Source of the DNA: Eledone cirrhosa
Taxonomy: Eukaryota
Assembly: GCA_964016885.1 (NCBI GenBank)
Contig: OZ024742.1
Span: 117,304,001-117,368,000, forward strand
Direction of reading: 5' to 3'
Length of the DNA stretch: 64,000 nucleotides
Shown here: in pieces, positions 1 through 12,089 of the stretch
Layout of the letters: every line of letters starts with the position of its first letter
How positions within the stretch are numbered: position 1 is the stretch's first letter
Made by a program: the position numbers and the translations under genes
Notes under the pieces: model-generated
Databases searched by the model: none
What the model saw: the letters and a program-made list of their open reading frames with translations, nothing else
Told to the model about the DNA's origin: nothing

Positions 1-501
1 CATATCTTGATATTTGTGTTTTACTTTATATTGCCTTCATTTGCTTTACTTTCTTTCGTTCAGTGATCTTGTTCAATAAAAATGATCTACTTAAATGTAG
101 GCTAGAATATATAATGGAGTAAGTAAAAAGAAAAAGGTTTAATCAATTGAAATTATGCTTGCAATGAACAGGAAAGTCATTAGCAGTAATGACAATTCGT
201 TTTAAAAGAGGTAAAGGAGAGAACACTGAATTTTATCTTTATTTAGAATTAATGAAGATATACAGTGAAGAGTGAGTCTGAGCTTTGGTAGGTAAAGTGG
301 CAAATCCAGGTATTTCATATATATATATAAGAGAATAATTGAAAGTGAATAAATTCACTCGTGTTTTAACAAAGAGCATTAAAGCTTGATGTGTTATTCA
401 GATCGAATCATGCAAATCACAAAATCCAGGGTGTAATCCATGGGGTAGTTGAAGACTGTGAAAATCACAGAGCATAAATATTCATTTCTGTGGAAGGAAC
501 C

Positions 502-1112
502 AAAGTTAAATTCATTTATTTCAACAAACATTCCGATTAAGAGAGGTATTTAATACAAATCAACTAAATTAATTAGTCACTTAATCAATTATATCGATGA
601 TGCAAACATTTCCCAGAATTTCATAAGGAAACAGGATTACTTAGATTAGTCACTTGGTCCCATTACATGAGCAATCGTTCAAGAAGAGAGGGAAAAAATA
701 ATGTGTGCTTAAAATTAAAAAGCACTGTGGAGGAAGTAAGTTTCGCAGTGAAAAATTGTTGGAGAGAGAAAACGTTAGACAGAAGGTCAAATCATTACAC
801 AAACCGAGAATAAATATATTGATACATTACATTACTTATAAGGCTGGATTTTCCATTGTAACCTTATCTAATTAATGTCTCATTGCAATATTGTGCATTC
901 TAGTAAAGAATTACACTTTTAGAAGAAGGTCTAGAGATCCTATGTGAATATTAACATAATGGAAGCAAGTGACTCATCTAAATAATCCTGTTTCCTGATG
1001 AAATGCTGAGAGATGTTTGTATAAGAGATATAATTGATTAAGTAGCTAATATATTTGACTTGTGTTGTATCTCTCTTAATAAAACCGTTTGTCAAAATAA
1101 ATGATTTTAACT
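502..1112. repeat. Diverged inverted repeat pair, arms about 502-668 and 950-1112
   Basis: The reverse complement of 950-1112 (agttaaaatcatttattttgacaaac...aggaaacaggattatttagatgagtcacttg) aligns by eye to 505-668 (agttaaattcatttatttcaacaaac...aggaaacaggattacttagattagtcacttg) with many substitutions. Family unknown. Confidence 0.75.
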
Positions 1113-1160
1113 GAGCAAAACCTTTGGTTACTTCTTCTGAAATGGATACACACACACTCA

Positions 1161-1556
1161 CTCATAGTGAATGGTCTTCAAAATGTTTTTAATGAAACAT
1201 ACAGTATATTGCCAAATATACTATACATACATTCATGTATACATCGCTATTTCAGAGCACCAATACTAATACCTAATTTTTGCTGGACCGGCAATCGCTC
1301 TGTTTAATTAACTTTTAAATAATACTGGAATTCAATAAGAATCCAGTTTCTAAAACTCTCGGTAGAAGCAAAGGAGTGAGTGGTCTTGATAAACGACAAA
1401 GAGCAGAAAACAGGAATGTCAATCACTCTTCTTTGCTTTTGCCGGGAATAAGTAAGTGACATAGTCACTACTTTAAAACTCATAGCAAATGGTCTTCAAA
1501 ATGTTTTTAAATAAACGTACAGTATATTGCCAAATATACTATACATACATTCATTA
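1161..1556 (+). repeat. About 318-bp unit bounded by ~75-bp direct repeats (1161-1236, 1479-1556) and containing a hammerhead-like motif; retrozyme/Penelope pLTR-like
   Basis: ctcatag..aatggtcttcaaaatgtttttaa...acagtatattgccaaatatactatacatacattcat occurs twice, with the motif at 1357-1446 between the copies. Confidence 0.65.
1357..1446 (+). ncRNA. Degenerate type I hammerhead-ribozyme-like motif (U3-A8 core variant)
   Basis: Long stem I: tctcggtagaagcaaaggagtgagtggt pairs with aatcactcttctttgcttttgccggga, mismatches mostly G:U-compatible on +. Core TTGATAA...GAAAAC aggaat GTC. Stem II poorly formed. Confidence 0.45.
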
Positions 1557-2441
1557 TCATCATCATCATCATCATCATCATTTTACGTCTGCTTTTCCCT
1601 GCTTGCAAGGGTTGGATGGGTCCTATTCAGCACAGCATCTCTCCACTTGTCACGGTCCTTCGTCATCTCCTCAGTGAGTTTCAGCGATCTGATTCCTGCT
1701 CTCACCATCTCCGCCCATGTTTTTCGTGGTCTACCTCTACTGCATCTTCCTTCTACTGGGATTTCTTGGCACTTCTTTACCCAACGGTCATCCTCCATGC
1801 GCATCACATGTCCATACCATCTCAGCCTTCTCTCCTGCACACCACAACTTATCCCCCTTATACCCAGTGTCTTTCTCAACTCGTTTATGCTTCGTTGTTC
1901 ACGCACATTGACATTGCACATCCAACGGAGCATACTTGCTTCATTTCTCTCCAGCCGTCGCATATCCTCTGCAGTTGCTGCCCATGTCTCACTACCATGC
2001 AGCATTATGCATCTCACACAGGCATCATATAACTGTCCTTTCGTATGCAGGGAGAAACCCTTCTTTGTCAACAGAGGAAGCAGCTCCCTAAACTTCTTCC
2101 AACCCGTCCTTATTCTAGATACTATGGCCTCGGAACACCCCCTTCCCCTCCTATGCTAATCTGATCTCCTAGGTACCGGAAGCTATCAACCACTTCTATA
2201 GAACCCACCTGCATTGGAAAAATGTGTCTATCACTGCGATTACTACTGCCAACTTTCCCTGTACATCTACTGCATACGTAATTTTCCCTTCCTGTTAGTT
2301 TGCCTGCTATCCCACTACATCTCTTGTGTACTCGAGATCTGCATTGCGTACATTTTATGGAATTTATGCCAATTCCTTTCCTACATATCGAACATGGCCA
2401 TTTCCCTGATGGAATCAGAGTATTGTCCTCTCTTCTACTTA
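1553..2441 (-). mobile_element. 5'-truncated RTE LINE (family B) with PHD finger, C-terminus and (GAT)n tail
   Basis: ORFs 2122..2481 (WPCSICRKG...HKRC...CSRC, VDSFRYLG) and 1583..2071 (LHGSETW, RRLRWYGHV, RGRPRKTW); (CAT)n at 1553-1581. Confidence 0.92.
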
Positions 2442-2442
2442 T

Positions 2443-2479
<37 letters not shown>

Positions 2480-2515
2480 ATTATCTTTATATAATGTTAA
2501 ATAAGGAAAATAATG

Positions 2516-2730
2516 GTTTCTGATTTAGGCACATGGCCAACAACTTTGGGTGAAAGGGAAAAACAATTACATCAACTCCAGCGCATTACTGGTACTTTAT
2601 TTTATCGACCTCATAATGATGATAAGCAAAGCTAACCTCAGCGGGATTTGAACTTAGAATGTACAGGGCTGTAACTATATGCCGATAAACTTGTTGTCTC
2701 ATGCTCTACTGATACTGCCAATCCACCACC
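2516..2730 (-). mobile_element. tRNA-derived SINE, Meta-domain type, with TSD
   Basis: B-box-like gttcaaatcc and core gtcgataaaataaagtaccag on minus; aataaggaaaataatg duplicated on both sides. Confidence 0.8.
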
Positions 2731-2757
2731 AATAAGGAAAATAATGATATAAGACAA

Positions 2758-2952
2758 AGGGAAGTAGTTAATTCAGCTATTGATTTACGATCGTTTCAGA
2801 GAGCAAAATTATCAATGTTCAGTCCAATCAATAGCAGTTATGCAAATGTGCTTTTATGAAGAGTTGAATTACTACCATCGATTGCTCTGTGCAGCGATGA
2901 TTTTGCTTACTGAAATGATCGTAAATCAATAGTTTAATTACCTACTTCCCCT
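2758..2952. repeat. About 195-bp fold-back (MITE-like) element
   Basis: gggaagtagttaattcagctattgatttacgatcgtttcagagagcaaaattatc versus the reverse complement of gatgattttgcttactgaaatgatcgtaaatcaatagtttaattacctacttccc. Confidence 0.75.
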
Positions 2953-3727
2953 ATTGCGTAGTATTATATATCTGACACTATAGTTATGAACACTCAATGG
3001 GGATATCATCTTTCCATAAAAAACACAAATTTCACTTTACTTCGATGAGTTATTCACAACAACATTACACCGTGTTCTAAAACGGTTATAAATCCTACTA
3101 AAATTAGGTAGAAAACACTAATGAGAGTGTATATATATAGTCTTTTATTCCTTTATTGGTTTCATTCATTGGGCTGAAACTATGGGGGTACACAGCATTA
3201 TAGATTTTATATAATGAAAATCTTTAATTTTTATTAGATAAAATATCTTTTCATCTATCTGGGATAAATATTTATTTAACATCAAAGATGTTCTTTCCTT
3301 ACTGTCTTGGAAAAATAATACTTTGATGACATTCTAGAACAGAAGCTCATTATCGGTGTTAATCTTCTTCATTCTGTAGGACATTAATATTGTCCATAGA
3401 ATACTATAAAACTCTCTGTTTTGAATTTTTAAAAATTCATTTATTTAAGTATACAAAGTTACTATCGTCAGATTTGCTCCGAAATACTTAAAAACAGGAT
3501 TTTCTGACTACTTTTTCCAGATCTCACCTAAATATTATCTGAAACTTACTTCACCTATCACCTAAATTACTATAAAATATTCCATGTCGATATAATTTTA
3601 CTTAGTGATTTGAAAAAAAATCAAAAAGTATTCACTTTAAATCTTGTATGTGTGCAAAAGTATTTATTGTCTTCTTTTATCTCCTGAAGAATGGCAAAAT
3701 CAGTAAGGTTTGCTTTTCTACTTTCAG

Positions 3728-3814
3728 TACGGGGCAAGGATTTTAAAAACAACATTACCTCACCCATTGTTGATATACTGAATAGTCAATTACCAGAGTT
3801 TTATACCTTGTCTG
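3728..3814 (+). CDS. Candidate 87-nt phase 1-1 host exon (RGKDFKNNITSPIVDILNSQLPEFYTLS)
   Basis: Acceptor ttttctactttcag, donor G|gtgagt, open frame, length divisible by 3; in-frame ATG at 3691. No recognisable homology. Confidence 0.3.
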
Positions 3815-4177
3815 GTGAGTGACATATATATATATAATTCTTTCTGATTCGCGTGTCACTGTCTCTTTAATTTATATATGTATTTCTTGTACATTTGTGT
3901 AAAATAGTACAAATACTTGCATACTTTTTTAATATATATCTTATATATATTTGAATTGCATGCTTTTATTTAAAAAATATATACATATATAATTTATAAT
4001 TTGAGTCCATGAAAATATTTATTTTTTGAGGTGACTGTAACTCAAAAAAAGACTCATTAACTAAGTAGATTGTATGTTAATTTATCATTTAATAGAGACC
4101 TTACACTTATACAAATGTAAAGTCACTATATATATATGTATATACATACACGCTTATATATATATATATATATATAT

Positions 4178-4350
4178 AACGAAGGAGTTGTGGTAAGGAA
4201 CCAGATGGACCATAACGCACCAGAGTACTCAATACTTAGGGTAGTAGAGTGGGTAATATGAAAAAGTTTAACCCCAACGGCAGAGCTCTAGCCATTTCGA
4301 TGGCTATTTCTGGACAGAAGTAATCAGAATGTGTCTTATAAGCCAACAAA
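4178..4350 (-). mobile_element. Fragment of the Penelope-pLTR/retrozyme-like repeat also at 24117-25524 and 6407-6473
   Basis: aacgaagga..tgtggtaaggaaccag.tggaccataacgcacca.agtactcaatactt is shared with 24117-24190. The minus strand carries the 3' half of the hammerhead (tagccatcGAAAtggctagagctctgccGTTggggt). Confidence 0.7.
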
Positions 4351-4369
4351 TACAGTATATATATATATA

Positions 4370-4803
4370 CTAGCTGACGTAACCAACTTCACCCGGGTAA
4401 ACAGATGCTAAGAGAAGACAGGTAGAAAAGAAAATGACTGTGTTGGTCTGGTTTACAGTATGAGCAAGACTGTGGTGTGTGCATGACAAAAAAAAAAAGA
4501 GTAAAATATATTCTAGATACACCAGATTTTTTTGTTTTACCGTTCGTGCATAGTATATGAAGATTTCTACAATCTACATATAACTGTCCATGGGTAAAAA
4601 ACGATTCTCTTCTTTTATTCAATTCTACAACATTGAAACTCTGAGCCTGAGCTTTATTTATGGTCATAGCAAAACTGGCTTTAACAGAGAACTGAAGTCT
4701 TGATAAATTGAATGGCAGATCAGTAGAAGAAGGGATAAGAGGAATCTTGGGAATAAATACATTTTCTCCTTGATGATTGCCTCCAAGAATAATAACCTCT
4801 AGG
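4370..4803 (-). mobile_element. Helitron 3' end with degraded PIF1-type helicase C-terminus
   Basis: Minus translation GENVFIPKIPLIPSSTDLPFNLSRLQFSVKASFAMTINKAQAQS...FTHGQLYV; terminus tacccgggtgaagttggttacgtcagCTAG|T at 4370-4373. Confidence 0.88.
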
Positions 4804-5026
4804 AGATTGTGTATTCTCCTGTTTGCTACTCACTGGAACTGCTGAAAATACATAGTATTTTCAAATGTATACACCGGCTGATTAGCCTCATTTGCATACC
4901 GAGTGATTTTTACGGACGGCTTTGCTGAAAATCAAAAACAAAATTTGCGCTCACTCTTAACATGGTGGATACCTAAATGTATTCTCAGCAGTTCCAGTGA
5001 GTAGCAGACAGGAGAATACACAATCT
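4804..5026. mobile_element. MITE-like element with ~50-bp terminal inverted repeats
   Basis: agattgtgtattctcctgtttgctactcactggaactgctgaaaatacat (4804-4853) versus atgtattctcagcagttccagtgagtagcagacaggagaatacacaatct (4977-5026), about 2 mismatches. Confidence 0.75.
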
Positions 5027-5261
5027 TGATAAGGAGTAAACACTGAAACTATATTATCGATTGTTTTCTCTCAGTTACCACTGCAACAAAAGGTTGAAGT
5101 TGTTCATCTAGAAAACACACATGGTGTCTATGAGGCTGTTTGCTTGCAAACAAACCAAATATTAATAACATCATTGTTAGGTATCCACAATGTCAAGAGC
5201 GAAAACAAATTTTTCTTTGGCTCCAAGCAGTTGTACAGAAGACCGGACTGCCATTGCATAC

Positions 5262-5579
5262 AAACCTACAGTCAGTAGGCACCTCTTAACCCAATGTACA
5301 CCCCATCCCACACACCCGACCCCATCCTCCTTTTCCCGTTCCGTCCACTGTGTCGATGACACAACAGTCCACACTGTAAAGTGGTCGTGTAGGAGACACG
5401 GTAAAAAGGCTCCCAGTCCACATTGTAAATGTGGTTGGTGTTAGGAAGGGCATCCAGCTGTAAAAAGAACCTGCAGAGACATTTCCATATGAGCGAGACA
5501 CCATTCCCGTATCAAATGGAACAAAACCATCTAACCCATGCTAGCGTGGAAGATGGACATTAAACGATGATGATGATGA

Positions 5580-5583
<4 letters not shown>
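5262..5583 (+). mobile_element. Solo RTE 3' UTR with (GAT)n tail followed by (AT)n
   Basis: aaacctacagtcagtaggcacctcttaacc matches the sequence at the ORF end at 28505; ggaagggcatccagc motif; aacccatgctagcgtggaa...gatgatgat end. Confidence 0.85.
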
Positions 5584-5648
<65 letters not shown>

Positions 5649-5959
5649 GCCTGATTAGTTTTTTCATTGTTTTTGGTATTGTGCAGTTAGGTTTACCTAC
5701 CACAATTTTCAGTTTGTCAGGCTGTCTAAACGTATGTTATTACTCTAAGGCCTGCAACCTTATTGAGTGCTTTGCTGCTCATTCCTAATTGTAGGTTGTT
5801 AGCTTGACCACAGCCAAAGCTTCTATTTTACTAAGCTTCCACTTGTATGTATATATATATGTATACGTATATGTCTATATATATGAATATGTATGTATAT
5901 ATATGTATACTCTTTTACTTGTTCCAACCATCTGGCTGAAGTCATGCTGGGGCACTGCC

Positions 5960-6405
5960 CTTGTTGCTACGCATTCTATATCTAGCCTGTGTTGGCTGGT
6001 CATTAGTGTAGGATGGAGTTTGTTACTGCTGCCCTTAGGTTACCTTCGTTCCATACTATGGGCTCATTTGGGATCCTGGATAGCAGAGTGTCAAGATGTT
6101 TCTTCAAAACATCCACATCCACACCATGCACACCTCTCAAATCTCTTGGCAGCTTATTCAAGAGTTGAGGGCCTTTGAACCCCAGGCAATTGCAATATCT
6201 GCTCCGGGGCTTTTGGTACCACACAGTGACGTCCTGTTCGGGGGTTGGTCCAGCTCTCAATGCCAAAGTTTGATACTAGTCCATCCAGGATCTTCCATAT
6301 GTATATCACTGCATATCTCTCCCGCCTACATTCAAAGGAGTAGTGTTTTAGATCTTTTAGCTTCTCCCAGTAACTCATCTCGTTCATCGTGGCAATCCAG
6401 TTGGT
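5960..6405 (-). mobile_element. CR1/L2-group LINE 3' fragment (ORF2 C-terminus, frameshifted)
   Basis: MSYWEKLKDLKHYSFECRRERYAVIYIWKILDGLV and GPQLLNKLPRDLR...LKKHLDTLLSRIPNEP motifs. Confidence 0.8.
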
Positions 6406-6481
6406 ATACCCTAAATATCGAGTACTCTGGTGCATTATGGTCCACATGGTATCTTACCACATCTTCTTTGTTATATATATA

Positions 6482-6532
<51 letters not shown>

Positions 6533-6537
<5 letters not shown>

Positions 6538-8008
6538 AGAGTTTAGCGTAAAAGTTGGCGTCCATCAGGGCTCTGTTCTCAGCCCCCTACTATTTATTAT
6601 TGCCCTTCAGGCTATAACAGAGGAGTTCAAGACCGGCTGCCCATGGGAACTTCTATACGCAAACGACCTGACACTCATAGCTGAATCAATGGCCGAGCTA
6701 GAGAAGAAATTCCAAACATGGAAGCACGGCCTAGAATCAAAAGGCCTTAAAATTAAACAGGCTAAGACTAAAGTTCTAGTTTGTAGGAAAGAAAATAAGG
6801 CGGCGGTCCCTTCCGGGAAATGGCCATGCTCAGTGTGTAGGAAAGGCGTAGGTAGAAACTCCATTTTATGTCCCAAATGCAAAGTATGGGTGCATAAAAG
6901 ATGTAGTGGGATCACAGGTAAGCTAACTAAGAACTTAGATTTTACATGTGGGCGGTGCTCTGGTGCAATAAGTAACATCGAGTGCCCACAAAATACTAAC
7001 TCTTTCAATTGCGCAGAGGGCTCTATAGAAATAGTGGACAGCTTCCATTACCTGGGTGACAAAATCAGCAGTGGGGGAGGGTGCTCCGAAAGTACAGTAG
7101 CTAGAGTCAGAACTGGATGGAAAAAGTTCAGAGAGCTTATACCACTATTAGCCGCTAAAGGGTTCTCCCTAAAAATGAAATGCAGGTTGTATGATGCCTG
7201 CATACGAACAGCAATGTTGCATGGCAGTGAGACCTGGGCATTGTGTGCAGAGGATATACGCAGACTAGAGAGGAACGAAGCTTGCATGCTCCGCTGGATG
7301 TGTAATAGTAATATACGTGAACGGCAAAGCATAAACAAACTAAGGAAAAAATTAGAAATAAGAGGGATCAGATGTTGTTTACTCGAGAGAAGGCTACGTT
7401 GGCACGGACACGTGATGCGCATGAAAGTCGATAGCTGTATAACAAAGTGCAGGGCAATAAAGATAGACGGTAGCCACGGAATAGGCAGACCTAGAAAATC
7501 CTGGGACGAGCTGATAAACTCCTACCTCACACACTTACACCTCTCCAAGACAATGTCACTGGACCGAGACCTTTGGCGGTACTCAGTAATAGAGAAGACC
7601 CGCCTTACCTAAATACATAGTAAAACCTACTACAGTCAGTAGGCATCTCTAACAAAATACATCCCCGTCCCACCACCCACCCACCCCATCCACACCACCC
7701 CCTCCTATGTAAAGTTATGTTGGTGCCACAACATCCAGGCCGAAACAAATGAGATCGTGTAGGTGTCACGACAATAAAACACACAGTCCACGCTGTAATG
7801 TGGCCGTGTAGGCAACACGGTAAAAACCTCCCAGTCCCACACTGTAAATGTGGTTGGTGTTAGGAAGGGCATCCAACTGTAGAAAACCTGCCAGATAGTC
7901 CTATGCGAGCAAGACAATCACTCTTGCCTCAAGTGGGAATACCCCCGTCCAAACCCATGCAAGCGTGGAACACGGACGTTAAACGTTGATGATGATGATG
8001 ATGATGAT
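6533..8008 (+). mobile_element. 5'-truncated RTE LINE (family A): RT 3' half, PHD finger, C-terminus, 3' UTR
   Basis: ORF to 7612 with GVHQGSVLSP and YAND (YADD mutated), C4HC3 finger, HGSETW; 3' UTR near-identical to 37110-37508; flanked by (AT)n. Confidence 0.95.
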
Positions 8009-8013
8009 ATATA

Positions 8014-8497
8014 TCCCTCAAAATGAAAGGCAGACTGTATGATGCATGTATACGAACAGCAATGTTACATGGTAGTGAGACCTGGGCGCTGAAGGTGGAA
8101 GACTTACGTAGATTAGAGAGAAATGAAGCCTGCATGCTCCGATGGATGTGTAATAGTAATATACGCGAACAGCAAAGCATAAATGAATTGAGAGTGAGAC
8201 TGAGCATAAGAGGAATCAAATGCTGTGTGCAGGAGAGGCGGTTGCGTTGGTATGGACATGTGATGCATATGAAGGATGACAGCTGCATAAAAAGGTGCAG
8301 AGCACTAGAAGTCAATGGAAACCGCGGAGTGGGGGAGACCCAAGAAGACCTGGGATGAGGTGATAAAAGCCGACTTTACCCAATTACACCTCTCAAAGGC
8401 GATGACACACGACCGTGACCTCTGGCGTAACGCAGTAATACAGAAGAGCCGACCTCCAGCGGGGTACAAGCCGAAGCTGAAGCATATAGACAATATG
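8014..8497 (+). mobile_element. RTE ORF C-terminal fragment (subfamily C), left arm of a palindromic junction
   Basis: MKGRLYDACIRTAMLHGSETW...RRLRWYGHV...GRPKKTWDEVIK. Confidence 0.9.
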
Positions 8498-10560
8498 CAT
8501 ATTGTCTATATGCTTCAGCTTCGGTTTGTACCCATGGGAGGTCGGGTACTCTGTATTACTGCATTACGCCAGAGGTCACGGTCGTGTGTCATCGCCTTTG
8601 AGAGGTGTAATTGGGTAAGGTCGGCTTTTATCACCTCATCCCAGGTCTTCTTTGGTCTTATTGTTTCCTGTGGCTGTTTGCTGCTTGCTGTCCCAGCACT
8701 GTTGCTACATGTGAATCCCACATTCTTAGTTAAGCTTCCTGAGATCCCGCAACATCTCTTGTGTACCCATTGTTTGCATTTGGGGCAGACAATGGAGTTC
8801 CTACCTACACCTTTCCTACATACTGAGCAAGGCCATTTCCCTGAGGGGATCTGGGTTCTGTTTTCTCGTCTACTTACAAGGACCTTATTCCTTGTCAGGT
8901 TGACTTTGAGACACTTTCTTTCTAGTCCCTGCTTCCAAGTTTGGAATTTCTTCCCTAGTTCTACCATAGATTCAGCTATAAGTGCGAGGTCATCTGCATA
9001 CAGGCGTTCCCATGGGCATCCAGTCTTAAACTCCTCCGTTATTGCCTGCAGGACTATGATGAACAGGAGAGGGCTAAGAACAGAGCCTTGGTGGACACCG
9101 ACCTGTACGCTAAATTCCTCGCTATACTCATTGCTAATCCTAACTTTGCTGACTGCTCCCTTATACATGGCTTGGTGTGACCTACCAACCCAGATGCCTT
9201 CAGCATCTCGGCAGCTATACCTGATGGACCGGTTGCCTTCCCTGTCGTCATATCTTTGATTGCCTTACTTACTACACTGCTGCTGACTTGTACTGCTGGC
9301 CCCTCTATAAGATCTACTTGGGGTAGGGTCTCTTCTTCCCATGCATTCTCCTCATTTAGTAATCTATCATAATGGCTCTTCCACACATCTTTCTTCTCAG
9401 CACTTGTGAAGGCAAGCTCACCTTTATCATTCCAGATACACTTCTCTCCAATGACATCACAATTCTCTCCGACACACTGCCTCACAATCTTGAACACTTC
9501 CTGTTTCTGGTCCTCACGTTGCAAAACATGCTTGAATTTTCTATCCTCGGCTTCCCTCCTAGCTAAGTATACTTGTCGCCTAGCTTCCCTCCTGGTCCCT
9601 ATGTAATGTACCCTGCTTCCCCCATTCTTCCATTCTTTCCATGCCTGTCTCTTGGCCTTAACTGCCTCATCTACCTTATTGTTCCACCGCCAAGTCACTC
9701 TCCTCCTGCCTGTGGTCTTACTCCAGCCAGAGATCTCATCCGTCGCCTTTAGTAAGTTATTTTTTAGGAACTCCCAGTGCTCTTCTACATTGAATGTCTC
9801 TATCTGTTCTTCTTTACTGTCATAGGCATTGAGTAAAATATCTTTAAATCCGGCTGAGGGGTCTTTCTTCTCCAGGTTAGCTTCTGTTTCCAGGTTCGTC
9901 TAGTTCTGACCTACACCACCTATCCCATCGTCATTTCCCATCCAGAAAAATTTGTAGCACTGACCTTTTCCTAAAAGGACTCTAGCAGACTCTCCTCTCC
10001 ATCTAGTCTCTTGCACACAGCATACATCAATTTCCTTCCGCTCTAGCATCTCCACGATTTCTCCTGCTCTTCCTTTCATTGTGCTTACATTGATGGTTCC
10101 AACTCAGAGTTTTGGGCATTTGTCAACATTCATGGGAAAGGGTAGATTTTTGCAGGGGTGTGTGTATGCTTCCTGTCTCTGGATTGAAGCTTCACATGGG
10201 TGCTTGGTAGCTTGCGGATTCATATTAATTTTCCTTTATTAATTCAGGGTTGCTCCATTTATTCTCAGCTCATCCATACATAACGGTAGAAGAATTCAGG
10301 GCTAGAAGAACAGTGGTGGTGGTAATAATGGCAGGGTTTGTTGGGACTAGGACGGGTGAGGAGAGAGGTAGGTAGTAGTAGTAATGGCATAGTTTGTTGG
10401 CGTTGGTAATGGGTGGGGGTGGGGGGACATGCTGAGGTTTGATTGGTCGAATAGGCTATGGTGGTGTGAGGGGGTAGGCAGGAGAGAAATTGTGAGATTT
10501 GTAGCCATCATGGCCTATAGCATCTCAGGGCAAAATAAACCGATACGAGTACCTATATTA
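8498..10560 (-). mobile_element. Internally deleted RTE LINE (subfamily C) from 5' region to C-terminus
   Basis: Minus pieces: endonuclease start (VGTINV...IDVCCVQETRW, about 10110-9950), WNNKVDEAVK...GPSGIAAEMLKAS (9698-9180), YADD plus PHD finger (9168-8670). Deletions near 9900, 9170 and 8660. Confidence 0.9.
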
Positions 10561-10640
10561 GACAAGGCGAAATGTTAGGATTTCGAAGGGAGTAGATGAC
10601 TTCGTAGAGACAGCTAAACGATAAATACAACAATAATAAT

Positions 10641-10826
10641 TGTTTCTACTTTTGGCACAAGGCCAGCAATTACCCAGTGTATTACTGGTACTTTATTTTA
10701 TCGACCCCGTAAGGATAAAAGGTAAAGTTAACCTCGGCGAGATTTGAACTCAGAATGGCAAGGGACATAACTCTATGCGTCAAAGCATGGCATCCGATCC
10801 TCTACCGATACTGCCAATCCACCGCC
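10641..10826 (-). mobile_element. Meta-domain tRNA-SINE, full length, 15-bp TSD
   Basis: tacaacaataataat on both sides; partial copies at 10985-11068 and 14277-14363. Confidence 0.88.
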
Positions 10827-12089
10827 CTACAACAATAATAATAATAATGTAAGAGAGGGGAAGGGAGTAGATGACTTTGTCGAGAGACAGCCATAGTGGC
10901 AGCATGGGAAAAGAAAACAAGGGTAAAAAGATAAATGTGTTGTGGAGGCTAGTGAAATGATAAATACAACAATAATACTAATAATAATTGTTTCTACCTT
11001 TGGCACAAGGCCAGCAATTACCCAGTGCATTACTGGTACTTTATTTTATCGACCCCGTAAGGATGAAATAATGTGAGTGGAACATATGCAATTGGGAAAT
11101 AGAGGGATACCAGGAAGATATATATGGATGGCTGGAACATGGTTTAGCAGCTCTAGTGATTCATTTTAGCTTTTCAGAATCAAGTGTGTCTTATCTCTTG
11201 AAGATGTATATGTATAAGGAAAAGGAATTGAAAATGCAACTGGAGTCTTTTAAGAATATTTATTTACTTTACTGCTTTCATAGTTCTTATGATTATCAAA
11301 AGTAAAATTGAGATGGGGGGCTTCTGTTGCATTGTATCTTGCGAGACACACCACAACAGAAACACAGACCCTCCATCTCAAGTTGCATTTTCAATTTCTT
11401 TTCCTCATATTTTCATTTGTGCAGGGCATTAAAAAAAACTCATTTTCTTATATATATGTGTATATATATATATATATGTGTGTATATATATATGTATATA
11501 TAAATGTGTGTGTGTGTGTTTATATATGAATATAAATATATGTATATATATATATGTGTATATATTATTATTCAAAATGTTAACAAATGAAAAATATTCT
11601 CATAATCAAAATATATATTTTGTTATATATATTTCAAAGGTACTGTGTTGTTTATTCAGTACGTCCTCATCAGACAAAATATATGATTTGGTATATGACA
11701 AACTGCTACAGTCTTGATTATTCAATTCCAGTATTGGCAATTCCAGTATATGTGTATATACCTATATATATGTGTGTGCATCTGTGTGTGTGTGTTTATA
11801 TATACACAGGAAACACATTTCCCTTCTGATGAAATCCTTTGTATAAAATCAATATCTTGTCAGAAATTAATATGCCCTCCAGCTACGGTATTCTGATAAT
11901 TCACAATTGAATTTTAATGATGAAACTCTAGTATTATTACATAAACAAATATGAGGCTCTCTTTGAACTGAATCATAATTTTGTTGCATTATGATCTATT
12001 AAATTACATATTCCTGATTAATAATAATTTTTTCCTAATTCTGAGATATTTAACTTTATTAATCTGTTTTAACCTTGCTGCCTTCTACA

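Noticed and set aside
1527-2159. Long antisense ORFs over RTE copies (also 8315..9259, 36104..36919, 40870..41811)
   Set aside because: Shadow frames of the LINE ORF; their recurrence reflects copy similarity, and they show no independent motifs.
6389-7612. 407-aa ORF with a hydrophobic N-terminus suggesting a membrane-anchored RT
   Set aside because: The N-terminus is chance read-through of a repeat end plus (GT)n/(AT)n into a truncated RTE whose catalytic YADD is mutated to YAND.
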